NCBI GenBank assembly: GCA_963822235.1
Contig: CAWGGU010000008.1
Coordinates: 411,364 to 475,363, forward strand
Origin: an uncultured Chloroflexia bacterium
GTDB lineage: Bacteria > Chloroflexota > Chloroflexia > Thermomicrobiales > Thermomicrobiaceae
Direction of reading: 5' to 3'
DNA: 64,000 nt
The position numbers were made by a program, and so were the translations under genes. Below are positions 1 through 8,447 of the stretch, in pieces. The stretch's first letter is position 1; each line of letters starts with the position of its first letter. Under the pieces are notes generated by a model that ran no database searches, was not told the origin of the DNA, and saw nothing but the letters and a program-made list of their open reading frames with translations.

Positions 1-58
1 CGCGCACGCAGGTTGCGCTGCCGGTCGCCGCTGGTTAGCAGAAGAGGAAGAGAGAGCC

Positions 59-667
59 ATGCTCCGCCGCTACACGCAGGCCGCTGTGAAGAAGGTTGAA
101 GAGCGATGCGATCTCTGTGGCCAGGTCATCCCGCCCAAGCATCGACACCTGCTGGAGATTGCGACGCGGCAGGTCTCCTGCGTCTGCCAGGCTTGTTCCA
201 TCCTCTTTGATAAACGTGCCGCCAGCCAGGGCGTCTACCGCCTTATCCCAGAACGTCGCCTGGAGCTGCCCGACTTCCAGATGACCGAGGCTCAATGGGA
301 GAGCTTGCGCATCCCGGTCGGTATCGCCTTCTTCGTCGACAACACGCCGAACGACCGCGTCGTCGCCTACTACCCGAGTCCGATGGGCGCCACGCAGTCG
401 CTGTTGCGGCTGGAGACCTGGACTGAGCTCGTTTCCGCCAATCCGGTCCTCTGGACGCTGGAGCGGGACGTCGAGGCGGTGTTGGTGAACCGCTCGCGGG
501 GCGCCCGGCAGTCCTACATCGTGCCGATTGACGAGTGCTTCACGCTGATCGGCCTGATCCGCACCAATTGGCGCGGGCTAAGCGGCGGACGCGAAGTGTG
601 GGACGAGATCGGCCGTTTCTTTGACGGACTGTCGAGTCGCTGCAAAGTGGCGCACGCCGTCGAGTGA
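59..667 (+). CDS. [NiFe]-hydrogenase-associated conserved protein with N-terminal Cys cluster (resembles the DUF5947 family seen in group 1h/5 hydrogenase loci)
   Basis: 202-aa ORF. It has five Cys arranged CDLCG-x22-CVCQAC. It is the first gene of a co-directional string that ends in hupD/hypABC. Family name recalled from memory, not searched. Confidence 0.7.
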   Translation: MLRRYTQAAVKKVEERCDLCGQVIPPKHRHLLEIATRQVSCVCQACSILFDKRAASQGVYRLIPERRLELPDFQMTEAQWESLRIPVGIAFFVDNTPNDRVVAYYPSPMGATQSLLRLETWTELVSANPVLWTLERDVEAVLVNRSRGARQSYIVPIDECFTLIGLIRTNWRGLSGGREVWDEIGRFFDGLSSRCKVAHAVE

Positions 668-708
668 GCTCCGGCCATGCGTCAGCATGAGTTGAAAGGA
701 TGGAGAGC

Positions 709-927
709 ATGCCTGATTTTGGAAGCATTCGCGTCGGTCGAGCGCGGGTCATGCCGGACGCGCCGTCGCACGTCGATGGCATCCGCGAGGGAAACAGCGT
801 GGGGCACCTGCGCGAGGATCCCGGCTATCAGGGTGATGGCAAGTGGTCGGCTCGTCGCTCGACGTCGATCAACCCGAACAACCGGCAGCCGATCGACCCG
901 CGCATGCCGGTGCTGCCGCCCGCGTGA
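709..927 (+). CDS. small hydrophilic conserved hypothetical protein (72 aa from second ATG; 75 aa if ATG at 700)
   Basis: A GGATGGAGAG Shine-Dalgarno sits just upstream of the ATG at 709. Pro/Arg/Asn-rich with a C-terminal SINPNNRQPIDPRMPVLPPA tail, which resembles small proteins I recall from other GC-rich bacteria. It fills the gap between two hydrogenase-linked ORFs. Confidence 0.5.
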   Translation: MPDFGSIRVGRARVMPDAPSHVDGIREGNSVGHLREDPGYQGDGKWSARRSTSINPNNRQPIDPRMPVLPPA

Positions 928-947
928 GCACGTAACTGGGAGAAACG

Positions 948-1604
948 ATGCCCGATCTGGACTTTCACATCGTAGGGGCTGAGGTTCATCATTACGCGGC
1001 GACGCCGTCGCTCCTCTTCAAGCTGCGCATCGACAGCCGCGGCGACGAAGAGCTGCGCTCGATCATGCTCTCGACCCAGATCCGCATCGTGCCGCGTCAT
1101 CGTGCCTATCTGCCGAGCGAGGAGCAGAAGCTGCGCGAGCTCTTTGGCGCGACCGAGCGCTGGGGCACGACGCTCAACAGCCTCCTCTGGACCCACGTCA
1201 CGCTGCAAGTGCCGCCCTTTGAGGAGAGCACGGTCGTCGATCTCTCGGTTCCCTGCACCTACGATTTCGAGGTCGTATCGGCCAAGTATTTCAACGCGCT
1301 GGAGGAGGGCGAGTTGCCGCTCGAGTTCCTCTTCAGCGGCAGCATGTTTTACCAGTCACCAGTGGGGCTGCAGGTGACGCAGATCCCCTGGGAGAAGGAG
1401 GCCGCCTATCGGCTGCCGGTTCAGCTCTGGCAGGAGATGATGGCGCACTATTTCCCCAACAGCGCCTGGCTGCGCGTGCGCAAAGACGCCTTCGACCGCC
1501 TCTACGACTACCGCATGCGTCATGGGCTGACGACCTGGGAGGCCACGTTGGAGTCGCTGCTCGACCACGCCGATGAGGAGGTCGAGTCGCCGTGGATTCC
1601 GTGA
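948..1604 (+). CDS. hydrogenase-associated conserved hypothetical protein (resembles DUF6084 family)
   Basis: 218-aa ORF with a GGGAGA Shine-Dalgarno 5 nt upstream. It is tightly packed between other hydrogenase accessory ORFs, and its stop overlaps the next gene's start. Family assignment from memory. Confidence 0.7.
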   Translation: MPDLDFHIVGAEVHHYAATPSLLFKLRIDSRGDEELRSIMLSTQIRIVPRHRAYLPSEEQKLRELFGATERWGTTLNSLLWTHVTLQVPPFEESTVVDLSVPCTYDFEVVSAKYFNALEEGELPLEFLFSGSMFYQSPVGLQVTQIPWEKEAAYRLPVQLWQEMMAHYFPNSAWLRVRKDAFDRLYDYRMRHGLTTWEATLESLLDHADEEVESPWIP

Positions 1605-2905
1605 GGAAGATCGCAACCACCGTCCTCTATGAGGGCTACATCTTGTGGCCCTACCGGCGCTCTGCCCGCAAGAACCAACAGCGTTGGACCTTCGGTGGCG
1701 TCTATCCGCGCGTCTTCAGTGAGGCCAGTGGCGGGACCGATCCGTGGGTGATGCAGACCGAGTGCCTGGTCACCGGCGACGATCCGGCGCTGGTGATCTC
1801 GGTGCGCTTCCTCCATGTCGTCAAGCGACAGGTCTTCGATTCCGCACCGGACGGCGAGTACGTCCCGGTCGATCAGCTGCGAGCAGGAAGCGATCTGTAT
1901 TTGTCGTGGGATGAAGCGGTCGAGCGCGAGATTGAACTGCCGCGGCGCCGAGTCTCGGACCTTGCAACAGGCGAGAGGGTACCCATTGCGATCGACGCTG
2001 GTTCGAGCGAAGAGCGGTTAGGTCAGGTCGGCAAAATCGTGCGCAGCTGGGAGTCGCTGACCGGCGAGATCGAGCTGTATGCGACCACACTCGCTCCGGC
2101 CGTGTACCGCGTGACGGTGCGCATCCGCAATCTGGCACCGGACTCCAGTCTGGTGCGGGACGAGATCATCCGCCGCACTTTCGTCTCGACGCACACCGTG
2201 CTGCAAGCCGATGGGGGCGAATTCGTCTCGCTCACCGACCCTCCAGCTGATCTGGAGCGCTTCGTCGTCGCCTGCGACAACGTCAAGACCTGGCCGGTGC
2301 TGGCTGGAGACGAAGGCGAGCGCCACATCATGCTCTCGTCTCCGATCATCCTCTCAGACTATCCGGCGGTCGCGCCAGAAAGCAGCGGCGACCTCTTCGA
2401 CGGCGGCGAGATCGATCAGTTGCTGCTCCTCAACGTCCTCACCATGACCGACGACGAGAAGGAGGAGATGCGCGCGACCGATCCGCGTGGCCGCGCCATC
2501 CTGGAACGGACCGAGACGCTGACCTCCGACGATTTCATGCAGCTGCACGGGACCATCCGTGACATCCAGATAATTCGTGACGATGCCTTCAACGACCGCG
2601 ACATATTCCCCACGTTCGATCAGACCTGGTCAGCGCCCAAGTGGCTCTCCATTGACGGGGTCGAGATCGGCGTGGGGAGTCGCGTGCGGCTGCATCCGCG
2701 AAAGGGGGGCGATATCTTCGATCTGGCGCTGGATGGCAAGATCGCCATCGTCGAGCGTATCGATCAGGACTACGAAGATCGCGTGCATCTGGCCGTGACG
2801 ATCGAGGATGACCCCGGCCGCGAACTGGCCACCGATCGCGTGCTCGGCCACCGCTTCTTCTTCGCGCCGGAAGAGGTCGAGCCGCTCGACCCGGTCGGTT
2901 CCTGA
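1592..2905 (+). CDS. hydrogenase-associated conserved hypothetical protein (437 aa)
   Basis: Long ORF whose start overlaps the previous stop (GTG at 1592, or GTG at 1601 forming a GTGA overlap with the TGA at 1602-1604). It ends 4 nt before the hupD start. No recognisable catalytic motif. Confidence 0.7.
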   Translation: MDSVRKIATTVLYEGYILWPYRRSARKNQQRWTFGGVYPRVFSEASGGTDPWVMQTECLVTGDDPALVISVRFLHVVKRQVFDSAPDGEYVPVDQLRAGSDLYLSWDEAVEREIELPRRRVSDLATGERVPIAIDAGSSEERLGQVGKIVRSWESLTGEIELYATTLAPAVYRVTVRIRNLAPDSSLVRDEIIRRTFVSTHTVLQADGGEFVSLTDPPADLERFVVACDNVKTWPVLAGDEGERHIMLSSPIILSDYPAVAPESSGDLFDGGEIDQLLLLNVLTMTDDEKEEMRATDPRGRAILERTETLTSDDFMQLHGTIRDIQIIRDDAFNDRDIFPTFDQTWSAPKWLSIDGVEIGVGSRVRLHPRKGGDIFDLALDGKIAIVERIDQDYEDRVHLAVTIEDDPGRELATDRVLGHRFFFAPEEVEPLDPVGS

Positions 2906-2909
2906 CGCC

Positions 2910-3443
2910 ATGAGCCAACGCATCTTGATCGCGGGAATTGGCAATATCTTCTTCGGCGACGACGCGTTCGGTCCTCGCATGGTGCGCGAGCTGTTGGAGC
3001 GTGAATGGCCCGACGAGGTCGAGATCGTCGACTTTGGGATCCGCGGAATTGACCTGGCGTTCGCCTTGCTCGACGATTACAGCGCGGCCATCTTCATCGA
3101 CGCGACGCCTCAAGGGGGCGAACCGGGTACGCTCTATTTGATCCAAGTCGATGATGAGACTCGAGATGGTCGTGGTGTCGCCAGCGTCGAAACGCACAAC
3201 ATCGACCCGGTGCAGGTCCTCTCCACGGTCAAAGCCTACGGCGGAACGCCGCCGCCGCTGTGGGTCGTCGGCTGCGAACCAGCGAGCCTCGATTCCGAGC
3301 CTGGTGAGTTGCTTCGACTGAGCGCGCCGGTTGAATCAGCCATCGATAGCGCCGTAGAGATGGTAGCGTCCCTTGTCGAACGACTGTCAACGCCTGAAGT
3401 GGCTCAGCCAACGTTCGGTCCTCGTCCGGGACATTCGTCGTAG
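2910..3443 (+). CDS. hupD: hydrogenase maturation endopeptidase (HyaD/HybD/HupD family)
   Basis: The N-terminus ILIAGIGNIFFGDDAFG matches the GxGNxxxxDDGxG signature of the family. Size is about 177 aa from the ATG at 2910. Located directly upstream of hypABC. Confidence 0.85.
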   Translation: MSQRILIAGIGNIFFGDDAFGPRMVRELLEREWPDEVEIVDFGIRGIDLAFALLDDYSAAIFIDATPQGGEPGTLYLIQVDDETRDGRGVASVETHNIDPVQVLSTVKAYGGTPPPLWVVGCEPASLDSEPGELLRLSAPVESAIDSAVEMVASLVERLSTPEVAQPTFGPRPGHSS

Positions 3444-3462
3444 CTGAAGAACGGAGACACCC

Positions 3463-3585
3463 ATGATGTCCACGATTCGCAACTTCTTCCTCATCATGCT
3501 CGCGCTGTTCGTGATCGGTGCGATCTTCGCGCTGCTGGCGTCCATGGCCGATATCAAGCGCTACCTGCGCGTGCGGCAGATGTAG
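3463..3585 (+). CDS. 40-aa single-pass membrane peptide (not in ORF track; resembles the DUF6893 small-protein family of hyp clusters)
   Basis: ATG at 3463 preceded by GGAGAC. Translation is MMSTIRNFFLIMLALFVIGAIFALLASMADIKRYLRVRQM: one hydrophobic helix plus a basic C-terminal tail. It fills the hupD-hypA gap, which is otherwise unexplained. Confidence 0.5.
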   Translation: MMSTIRNFFLIMLALFVIGAIFALLASMADIKRYLRVRQM

Positions 3586-3615
3586 GCGTTGAGAACGTGA
3601 GGGGACGCCCACGAG

Positions 3616-3960
3616 GTGCATGAGCTGAGCGTCACCTCGTATCTCGTCGACGCCGTCGACGCGCAGGCGCGCGAGCTTGGGGCCAAACGCGTCCTGACCA
3701 TCAACTTGATCGTCGGCGAGCGCTCCGGCATCGTCGACGACTCGCTGCGGTTCTACCTCGAGATGCTGGCGCCGGGCACACTGGTTGAGGGAGCCGAGCT
3801 CGTCGTGAATCGCACGTCGCTGCGCTTTCACTGTGGCGCCTGCGACGCGGACTACCATCCAAAGGGTGCCGACTTCGAATGTCCGAGCTGCGGGATCGTC
3901 GGCACGCTCGTCGACGACGGCAGCGACTTACTCATCGAGAGTCTGGAGATCGAGACATGA
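3616..3960 (+). CDS. hypA: hydrogenase nickel-insertion protein HypA
   Basis: The GTG start gives the MHELS N-terminus typical of HypA. Zinc motif CGAC...x-CPSCG is present. Length is 114 aa. Confidence 0.9.
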   Translation: MHELSVTSYLVDAVDAQARELGAKRVLTINLIVGERSGIVDDSLRFYLEMLAPGTLVEGAELVVNRTSLRFHCGACDADYHPKGADFECPSCGIVGTLVDDGSDLLIESLEIET

Positions 3961-4655
3961 TCGCGCGCAACGTCAAGCTGGTGGAGATCGGCAAGCGGGT
4001 GCTGATCGATAACGACCAGGCGGCCCTCGGCATACGTCGACGCCTTGACGCCGCGGATGTGCTGGCGATCAACGTCATTGCCGGGCCTGGCGCGGGCAAG
4101 ACAACCTTCATCTCGCGCACGCTGCAACAACTCGTCGGAAGGGCACGCGTCGGTGTCATCGAGGGAGACATATCCGGCAGCGTCGATACCGCGAAAGTGC
4201 TCGAAGCCGGAGCAGCTGACGCGGTGCAGATCAACACCGGTGGAAATTGCCATCTGGAGGCCAACATGGTCGAAGAGGCACTGGCCGACCTCGACCTGAC
4301 CGCGATCGATCTGCTCTTCATCGAGAACGTCGGCAACCTGGTCTGCCCCACCCATTGGGAACTGGGCGAGCAGGTCAAGCTGTGTCTGGTCGGGGCCAGC
4401 GAAGGGGACGACAAGCCGGTTAAGTACCCAGAGATCTTCGCCGTGAGCGACGTGGTGGTCCTGAACAAGGTCGATCTCGTCGAGTACGTCGACTTCAGTC
4501 GAGAATCGTTCATCGCTTCAGTTCGCGCGCTGAATCAGCAAGTTCCCATATTCGAGGTCTCCTGCCGAACGGGGGCGGGTCTCGAGGAGTGGACCGAGTG
4601 GCTGCTGGCACGGCGCTCGCACCCAGGACAGGATCAACCATGTGTATCCCATTGA
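3957..4655 (+). CDS. hypB: hydrogenase nickel-incorporation GTPase HypB
   Basis: ATGA overlap with the hypA stop. Has the P-loop GPGAGKTT, ENVGNLVCP and NKVDL GTPase motifs. No His-rich N-terminus. Confidence 0.9.
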   Translation: MIARNVKLVEIGKRVLIDNDQAALGIRRRLDAADVLAINVIAGPGAGKTTFISRTLQQLVGRARVGVIEGDISGSVDTAKVLEAGAADAVQINTGGNCHLEANMVEEALADLDLTAIDLLFIENVGNLVCPTHWELGEQVKLCLVGASEGDDKPVKYPEIFAVSDVVVLNKVDLVEYVDFSRESFIASVRALNQQVPIFEVSCRTGAGLEEWTEWLLARRSHPGQDQPCVSH

Positions 4656-4906
4656 TCGGCCAGACCATCAGCATTGACGACGGGCAGGCCGAGATCGAAC
4701 TGGTCGGAGGCGAGCGGGTCCGCGCCCACACCGCGCTCTTTCCCGATTTGGGATCCGGCAGCTACGTCCTGGTCGATCGCGGCATGGTCATCGAGGTAAT
4801 CGACGAAGCACAGGCCGAGAGCATGCTCGCCTTCTACGCCGACCTGAACGACCTGTGGGATGAGCAGGACGCGCTGATCGAAGCCTCGGAACCCGCGTCG
4901 GGCTAG
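4640..4906 (+). CDS. hypC: hydrogenase assembly chaperone HypC/HupF
   Basis: The internal ATG gives the MCIPLIG N-terminus (the conserved Cys2 of HypC). Length is 88 aa. Overlaps the hypB 3' end by 16 nt. Confidence 0.85.
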   Translation: MCIPLIGQTISIDDGQAEIELVGGERVRAHTALFPDLGSGSYVLVDRGMVIEVIDEAQAESMLAFYADLNDLWDEQDALIEASEPASG

Positions 4907-5811
4907 CTCGATGTCTCCCGCAGGTGCCACATGTAGATTCCCGTCATGGCCAGACCAATCACGGCCAAGGCCGCCATCAACGGCACCGCGCCCAGCGACT
5001 GGGTTGAGTCGGCTCGATGTCCGAAGAACTGATCGACCGCGATGCTCAGCGCTTCGATCGTGTAGGTGACGAGCAGGATCCCTGCGAGCAGATATCCCCA
5101 GTCTCGTCTCTTCCAAATCCAAATACCGGCCATCGTCAACAGCGGCAAGCTGATGCTCAGATCCAGGATTTCGACTGGGTTGCTGAGCATCACCGACTTG
5201 TCGAGACTGTCGGGCAGCGTGTTGTGGATCAGCGCGGGGACGATATCCGCCATCCAGGCATAGGCGAAGAGGATCGCGGTCGCCAGCAGGTATCCGCCGA
5301 TCAGTCGTACTGGTGTCCGCGACGAGAAACGCTGTCTGATCGACGGCACGTCCACCTGCGTGAGAAGAGCCACGACGGACCAGAGCGCCAGCCCGAACAT
5401 GGCCACATCGACCAGGAAGAGGCGGTTGAAGGTCGCGGCGAATGTGAACAGGACTGAGTTGTAGAGTAGGTAGCCGAGTGAGCCGAGCCAGACGACTTCG
5501 GCGCGCGTTGATCCCCGAGCAGTCATGATCATCGCGGCGATCAGCAACGGAACTGCGACCACCAGCACCACCAGCGACGTGCCCTGCGCGTTTCCGGCAG
5601 TCATGGGCGGGTCGCGGAAGATGCCGCGGTTGAACGTCCCGACCACCCCAGCGACCAATGCCGCGAGCGCCAATGTGCTCGACAGGACGTAGGCGATCGA
5701 TCGATCCTGGCGGATGGACGTGCGTTCGATGCGCATCGAACGCGTCTCGGTAAATTCACGTATTTGAACCGTTTCGGTTCGCGGGCGGAACGGGGTGAGT
5801 GTGTCTGCCAT
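4903..5811 (-). CDS. multi-pass integral membrane protein, function unknown
   Basis: 302-aa ORF with about 7-8 hydrophobic helices. AGAAGG Shine-Dalgarno present. Its stop shares a CTAG with the hypC stop (convergent). Confidence 0.65.
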   Translation of the reverse strand: MADTLTPFRPRTETVQIREFTETRSMRIERTSIRQDRSIAYVLSSTLALAALVAGVVGTFNRGIFRDPPMTAGNAQGTSLVVLVVAVPLLIAAMIMTARGSTRAEVVWLGSLGYLLYNSVLFTFAATFNRLFLVDVAMFGLALWSVVALLTQVDVPSIRQRFSSRTPVRLIGGYLLATAILFAYAWMADIVPALIHNTLPDSLDKSVMLSNPVEILDLSISLPLLTMAGIWIWKRRDWGYLLAGILLVTYTIEALSIAVDQFFGHRADSTQSLGAVPLMAALAVIGLAMTGIYMWHLRETSS

Positions 5812-6325
5812 GGCGCACCTTCTTGTCGATGCTCACCTGAAACCGTGGAGCGATTTTCGCTCCCATGTTTCACGAGCATAAACCCGTAGGTGTAAGCAAG
5901 ACGTAACAGCGTCACGCTGGAGGTTTCAGTTCCGCAACAGGATGGGCCACGTTCATCGCGGGAATCAGGCGCGATCGGCTGGGGAGAAGCGCCGCGACTG
6001 CAAAGCTACGTGGACGTCCACTGACCATCGTCAAGCCCATGAACGTGCGAGCAAAATCTGTGCTATACAGTCATCCAATGGATGTCTCGTACAATCTGCC
6101 GTCACCCTTTGACGTCATTGGGGACGCGGTTGTGGGACGTCCAATTTTGACGCTCCAAACCTGATCTCAATCGGAAGGCGGACGGTGTTCGCGGTTTGGC
6201 CCGTGGACGAGCACCGCCCGAACAAAGGAGTGCGCGATGTTCACGTGAGGACCACCGTCGGGATCGCTGCGACCGGCCTGGGATGATTGAGCAAAACATT
6301 GGTTCGAAACCCTGGGGGGAAATAC

Positions 6326-7299
6326 ATGTCTCAAGCAACTGGTGATAGTGGCACGAGCTTGAAACAGCGAGCGTCGCGCGTTGGACGAAAACGCGGTCTC
6401 CGCGTTCTCTTTGTAGCTGGACTGTTGCTGCTGGCATTGAGCACGAATGCATTTGCCGACATACCGGATCAAGGCCAGGTGATCAACGCCTGCGTCAGAA
6501 CCAACGGGTTGTTTGGTTTGGGATCGATTCCGTACTTTCAGACCCCGAATGTTCGAATCATCGATACCGACAAAGGTCAGTCCTGCAACAGCTTCGAGAC
6601 GCCGGTCACCTGGAATCAAACCGGCCCGTCTGGCCCGACCGGTCCCGCCGGTGCAACTGGAACCTCCGGCCCAAGTGGTGCTGCTGGACCAACAGGGGCG
6701 AGCGGAACCGTCGGTCCGAGCGGCCAGCCACCGGACCCGCGGGAGACACCGGCGTTCAGGGCCCGAGCGGTGCCACTGGCTTGACCGGTCCGAGCGGTCC
6801 AGCGGGTACGTCCGGACCGAGCGGTCCCACGGGCATTCAGGGTGATGTTGGACCGAGTGGTCCCTCAGGGCCGACCGGCCCATCAGGTGGCGGTCTGGGA
6901 GCATATGTTTACGCGTATACCGAGTTGCCGTGGGTGGTTGGCCCCAACGGTCCAATCGCGTTTGACAACATAGCTGCGTCGAACCAGATCGTTAATAGCT
7001 TGACGCCCGTTGGGCTAGTCACTCTCGTCGCGGGGACCTACCACATTTCATTTACCGTGTCTCCCGGTGTGGTCAGTCAGTTCGGGATTGATATCAATTA
7101 CAATGTCGTTCCCGGCTGCACGTTCGGCACGAATTCAACAGATGGCGAGATCTTCGGTCAGTGCATTGTGACCCTCAATGCAGCTGACCTAGTAACGGTC
7201 GCCAACCGGTCGTCACTCCCGGTGTTGTTGAATCCGACGAATTCTTCGACGTTGTCGGCGGGCGAGGCTGCATCGATCGTAATCGAGAAGATCGACTGA
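6326..7299 (+). pseudogene. secreted collagen-like (Gly-X-Y) protein with BclA/C1q-like C-terminal head, interrupted by one frameshift near 6724-6731
   Basis: Has a GGGGGGA Shine-Dalgarno and ATG at 6326. The signal peptide is [19 protein letters not shown]|D. About 29 GXY triplets are split across two ORFs (6287-6784 and 6781-7299), and the repeat continues seamlessly in the other frame. The C-terminal ~135 aa (GTYHISFTV...IVIEKID) looks like a BclA_C/C1q-type jelly roll. Confidence 0.75.
6623..6893 (+). repeat. coding Gly-X-Y triplet repeat (GPS/GPT/GPA-rich)
   Basis: 9-nt periodic GGN-CCN-NNN units are read directly from the sequence. The same repeat creates the long spurious antisense ORF 6167-6955. 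Confidence 0.85.
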
Positions 7300-7366
7300 A
7301 CCTGCATCGACGGCCAGTCGTACCTTCGTCGCGCGCCGGGGCGATGGTGGCATCAGGGACGAGGTT

Positions 7367-7410
7367 GGTAGCTGGCTGGGGACAACGTCCCCGGTCAGCT
7401 ACCTTTATTT
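7367..7410 (+). terminator. rho-independent terminator after the collagen-like gene
   Basis: 17-bp stem GGTAGCTGGCTGGGGAC / GTCCCCGGTCAGCTACC (two G-U pairs), AAC loop, followed by TTTATTT. Confidence 0.75.
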
Positions 7411-7500
7411 CAACAAGCCGGAAACCGATTCAGACGCCAACCCAACGTCGTTGAGACTGTGAGTTGGCTGTCGCTGCCCTGGAACAGTGCGGTGAGTACG

Positions 7501-8382
7501 TTACGCGAGCATCTCCATGCCCGCTGCCTTGCAGTCCTCGAGGTACTCATGCATCGGCTCGTCGGAATCCATGAGGGCCACTTGATCGGTCAGGATGCGC
7601 GACAGCCCAATTCGCTCGAGTCGCTGCAGTCCCTCGACGCGTTCCTGCCCGGTCACGCCACGCCAGCGTAGGAGCGTGGAAACCGGCAGGGAAGCTGGAT
7701 CTCGATCGATCTCCTCGCAGCGCTGACGGATGATCGGCATCCACTCCTCGATCTGGTCGATATTCGGACCGTCGAGGTTCAGTTCGTCGGCAAATCGGGC
7801 GGCGAGTCGCCAGGTGACTTTCTGGCCGTTTCCACCGACGATGAGTGGCATGCGCGGTTGTCGTACGCTGCGCGGCTCGCTGGTGACGTCCTCAACGTGG
7901 AATTGCTCGCCCGCCCAGGTCGTGCGGCCAGGCTGCTGCATGCGGGTGATGATCTCGAGCGCCTCTTCCAGCAGTTTCAGGCGCTCCCGACCGCCGGGAA
8001 ATCCGTAGCCGTAGCTGCGCCATTCCCATTCGTTCCAACCCGCGCCGATGGCGATCTCGGCGCGGCCATTACTGGCGACGTCAAGCGTAGCCATCATCTT
8101 GAAGAGGAGCGCAGGGTTGCGCCAACCGGCACAGAGGACGGCCGAGCCAATGGTGACCTTCTCGGTGACCATGGCCAACGCGGTCATGTGCGGGAAGATC
8201 TCGAAGACCGGCAGTTCGTTGTTGACGCGCACGTTCTGCAGATGGTCCGGAACCCAGAGGGATTCGTAGCCAAGCTTCTCGGCCAGCCGCGCAAGGTCGA
8301 GCGTTCGCTCCCAGGCCTGACGAACGTCCCAGCCCGGGAAGTCACCCCCGGCGCCGTTCGGAATGTAGAGACCGATCCGCAT
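7501..8382 (-). CDS. luciferase-like monooxygenase (LLM) class flavin/F420-dependent oxidoreductase
   Basis: Starts MRIGLYIPNG... and contains ESLWVPDH and a TIM-barrel LLM pattern. GAGGGAAGGGA Shine-Dalgarno before the ATG at 8382. The upstream 43 codons of the track ORF are Arg/Ala-rich and probably not translated. Confidence 0.8.
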   Translation of the reverse strand: MRIGLYIPNGAGGDFPGWDVRQAWERTLDLARLAEKLGYESLWVPDHLQNVRVNNELPVFEIFPHMTALAMVTEKVTIGSAVLCAGWRNPALLFKMMATLDVASNGRAEIAIGAGWNEWEWRSYGYGFPGGRERLKLLEEALEIITRMQQPGRTTWAGEQFHVEDVTSEPRSVRQPRMPLIVGGNGQKVTWRLAARFADELNLDGPNIDQIEEWMPIIRQRCEEIDRDPASLPVSTLLRWRGVTGQERVEGLQRLERIGLSRILTDQVALMDSDEPMHEYLEDCKAAGMEMLA

Positions 8383-8447
8383 GTAAGAATCCCTTCCCTC
8401 TGTGATGTCAACAACGGAACGTCGAGGCGAACTGCCTGTGGCTCCTG

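Noticed and set aside
1-38. 3' end of an upstream plus-strand ORF (...RTQVALPVAAG*), possibly a hydrogenase gene
   Set aside because: Only 12 codons are visible, which is too short to identify.
6296-6312. GGTTCGAAACC, a tRNA T-arm-like motif
   Set aside because: No acceptor, D or anticodon stems can be drawn around it. It lies in the 5' leader and Shine-Dalgarno region of the collagen-like gene.
6715-6740. Possible programmed ribosomal frameshift joining the two collagen-like ORFs
   Set aside because: I saw no slippery X-XXY-YYZ heptamer and no downstream pseudoknot-like structure at the junction. Four other genes in the window also carry simple frame breaks, so an indel is the simpler explanation.
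6167-6955. 262-aa ORF on the minus strand overlapping the collagen-like gene
   Set aside because: It is the antisense reading of the GGN-CCN-NNN repeat, giving a Pro/Arg/Gly-rich product. It has no Shine-Dalgarno. The plus-strand gene has a signal peptide, a GXY repeat and a folded C-terminal domain.
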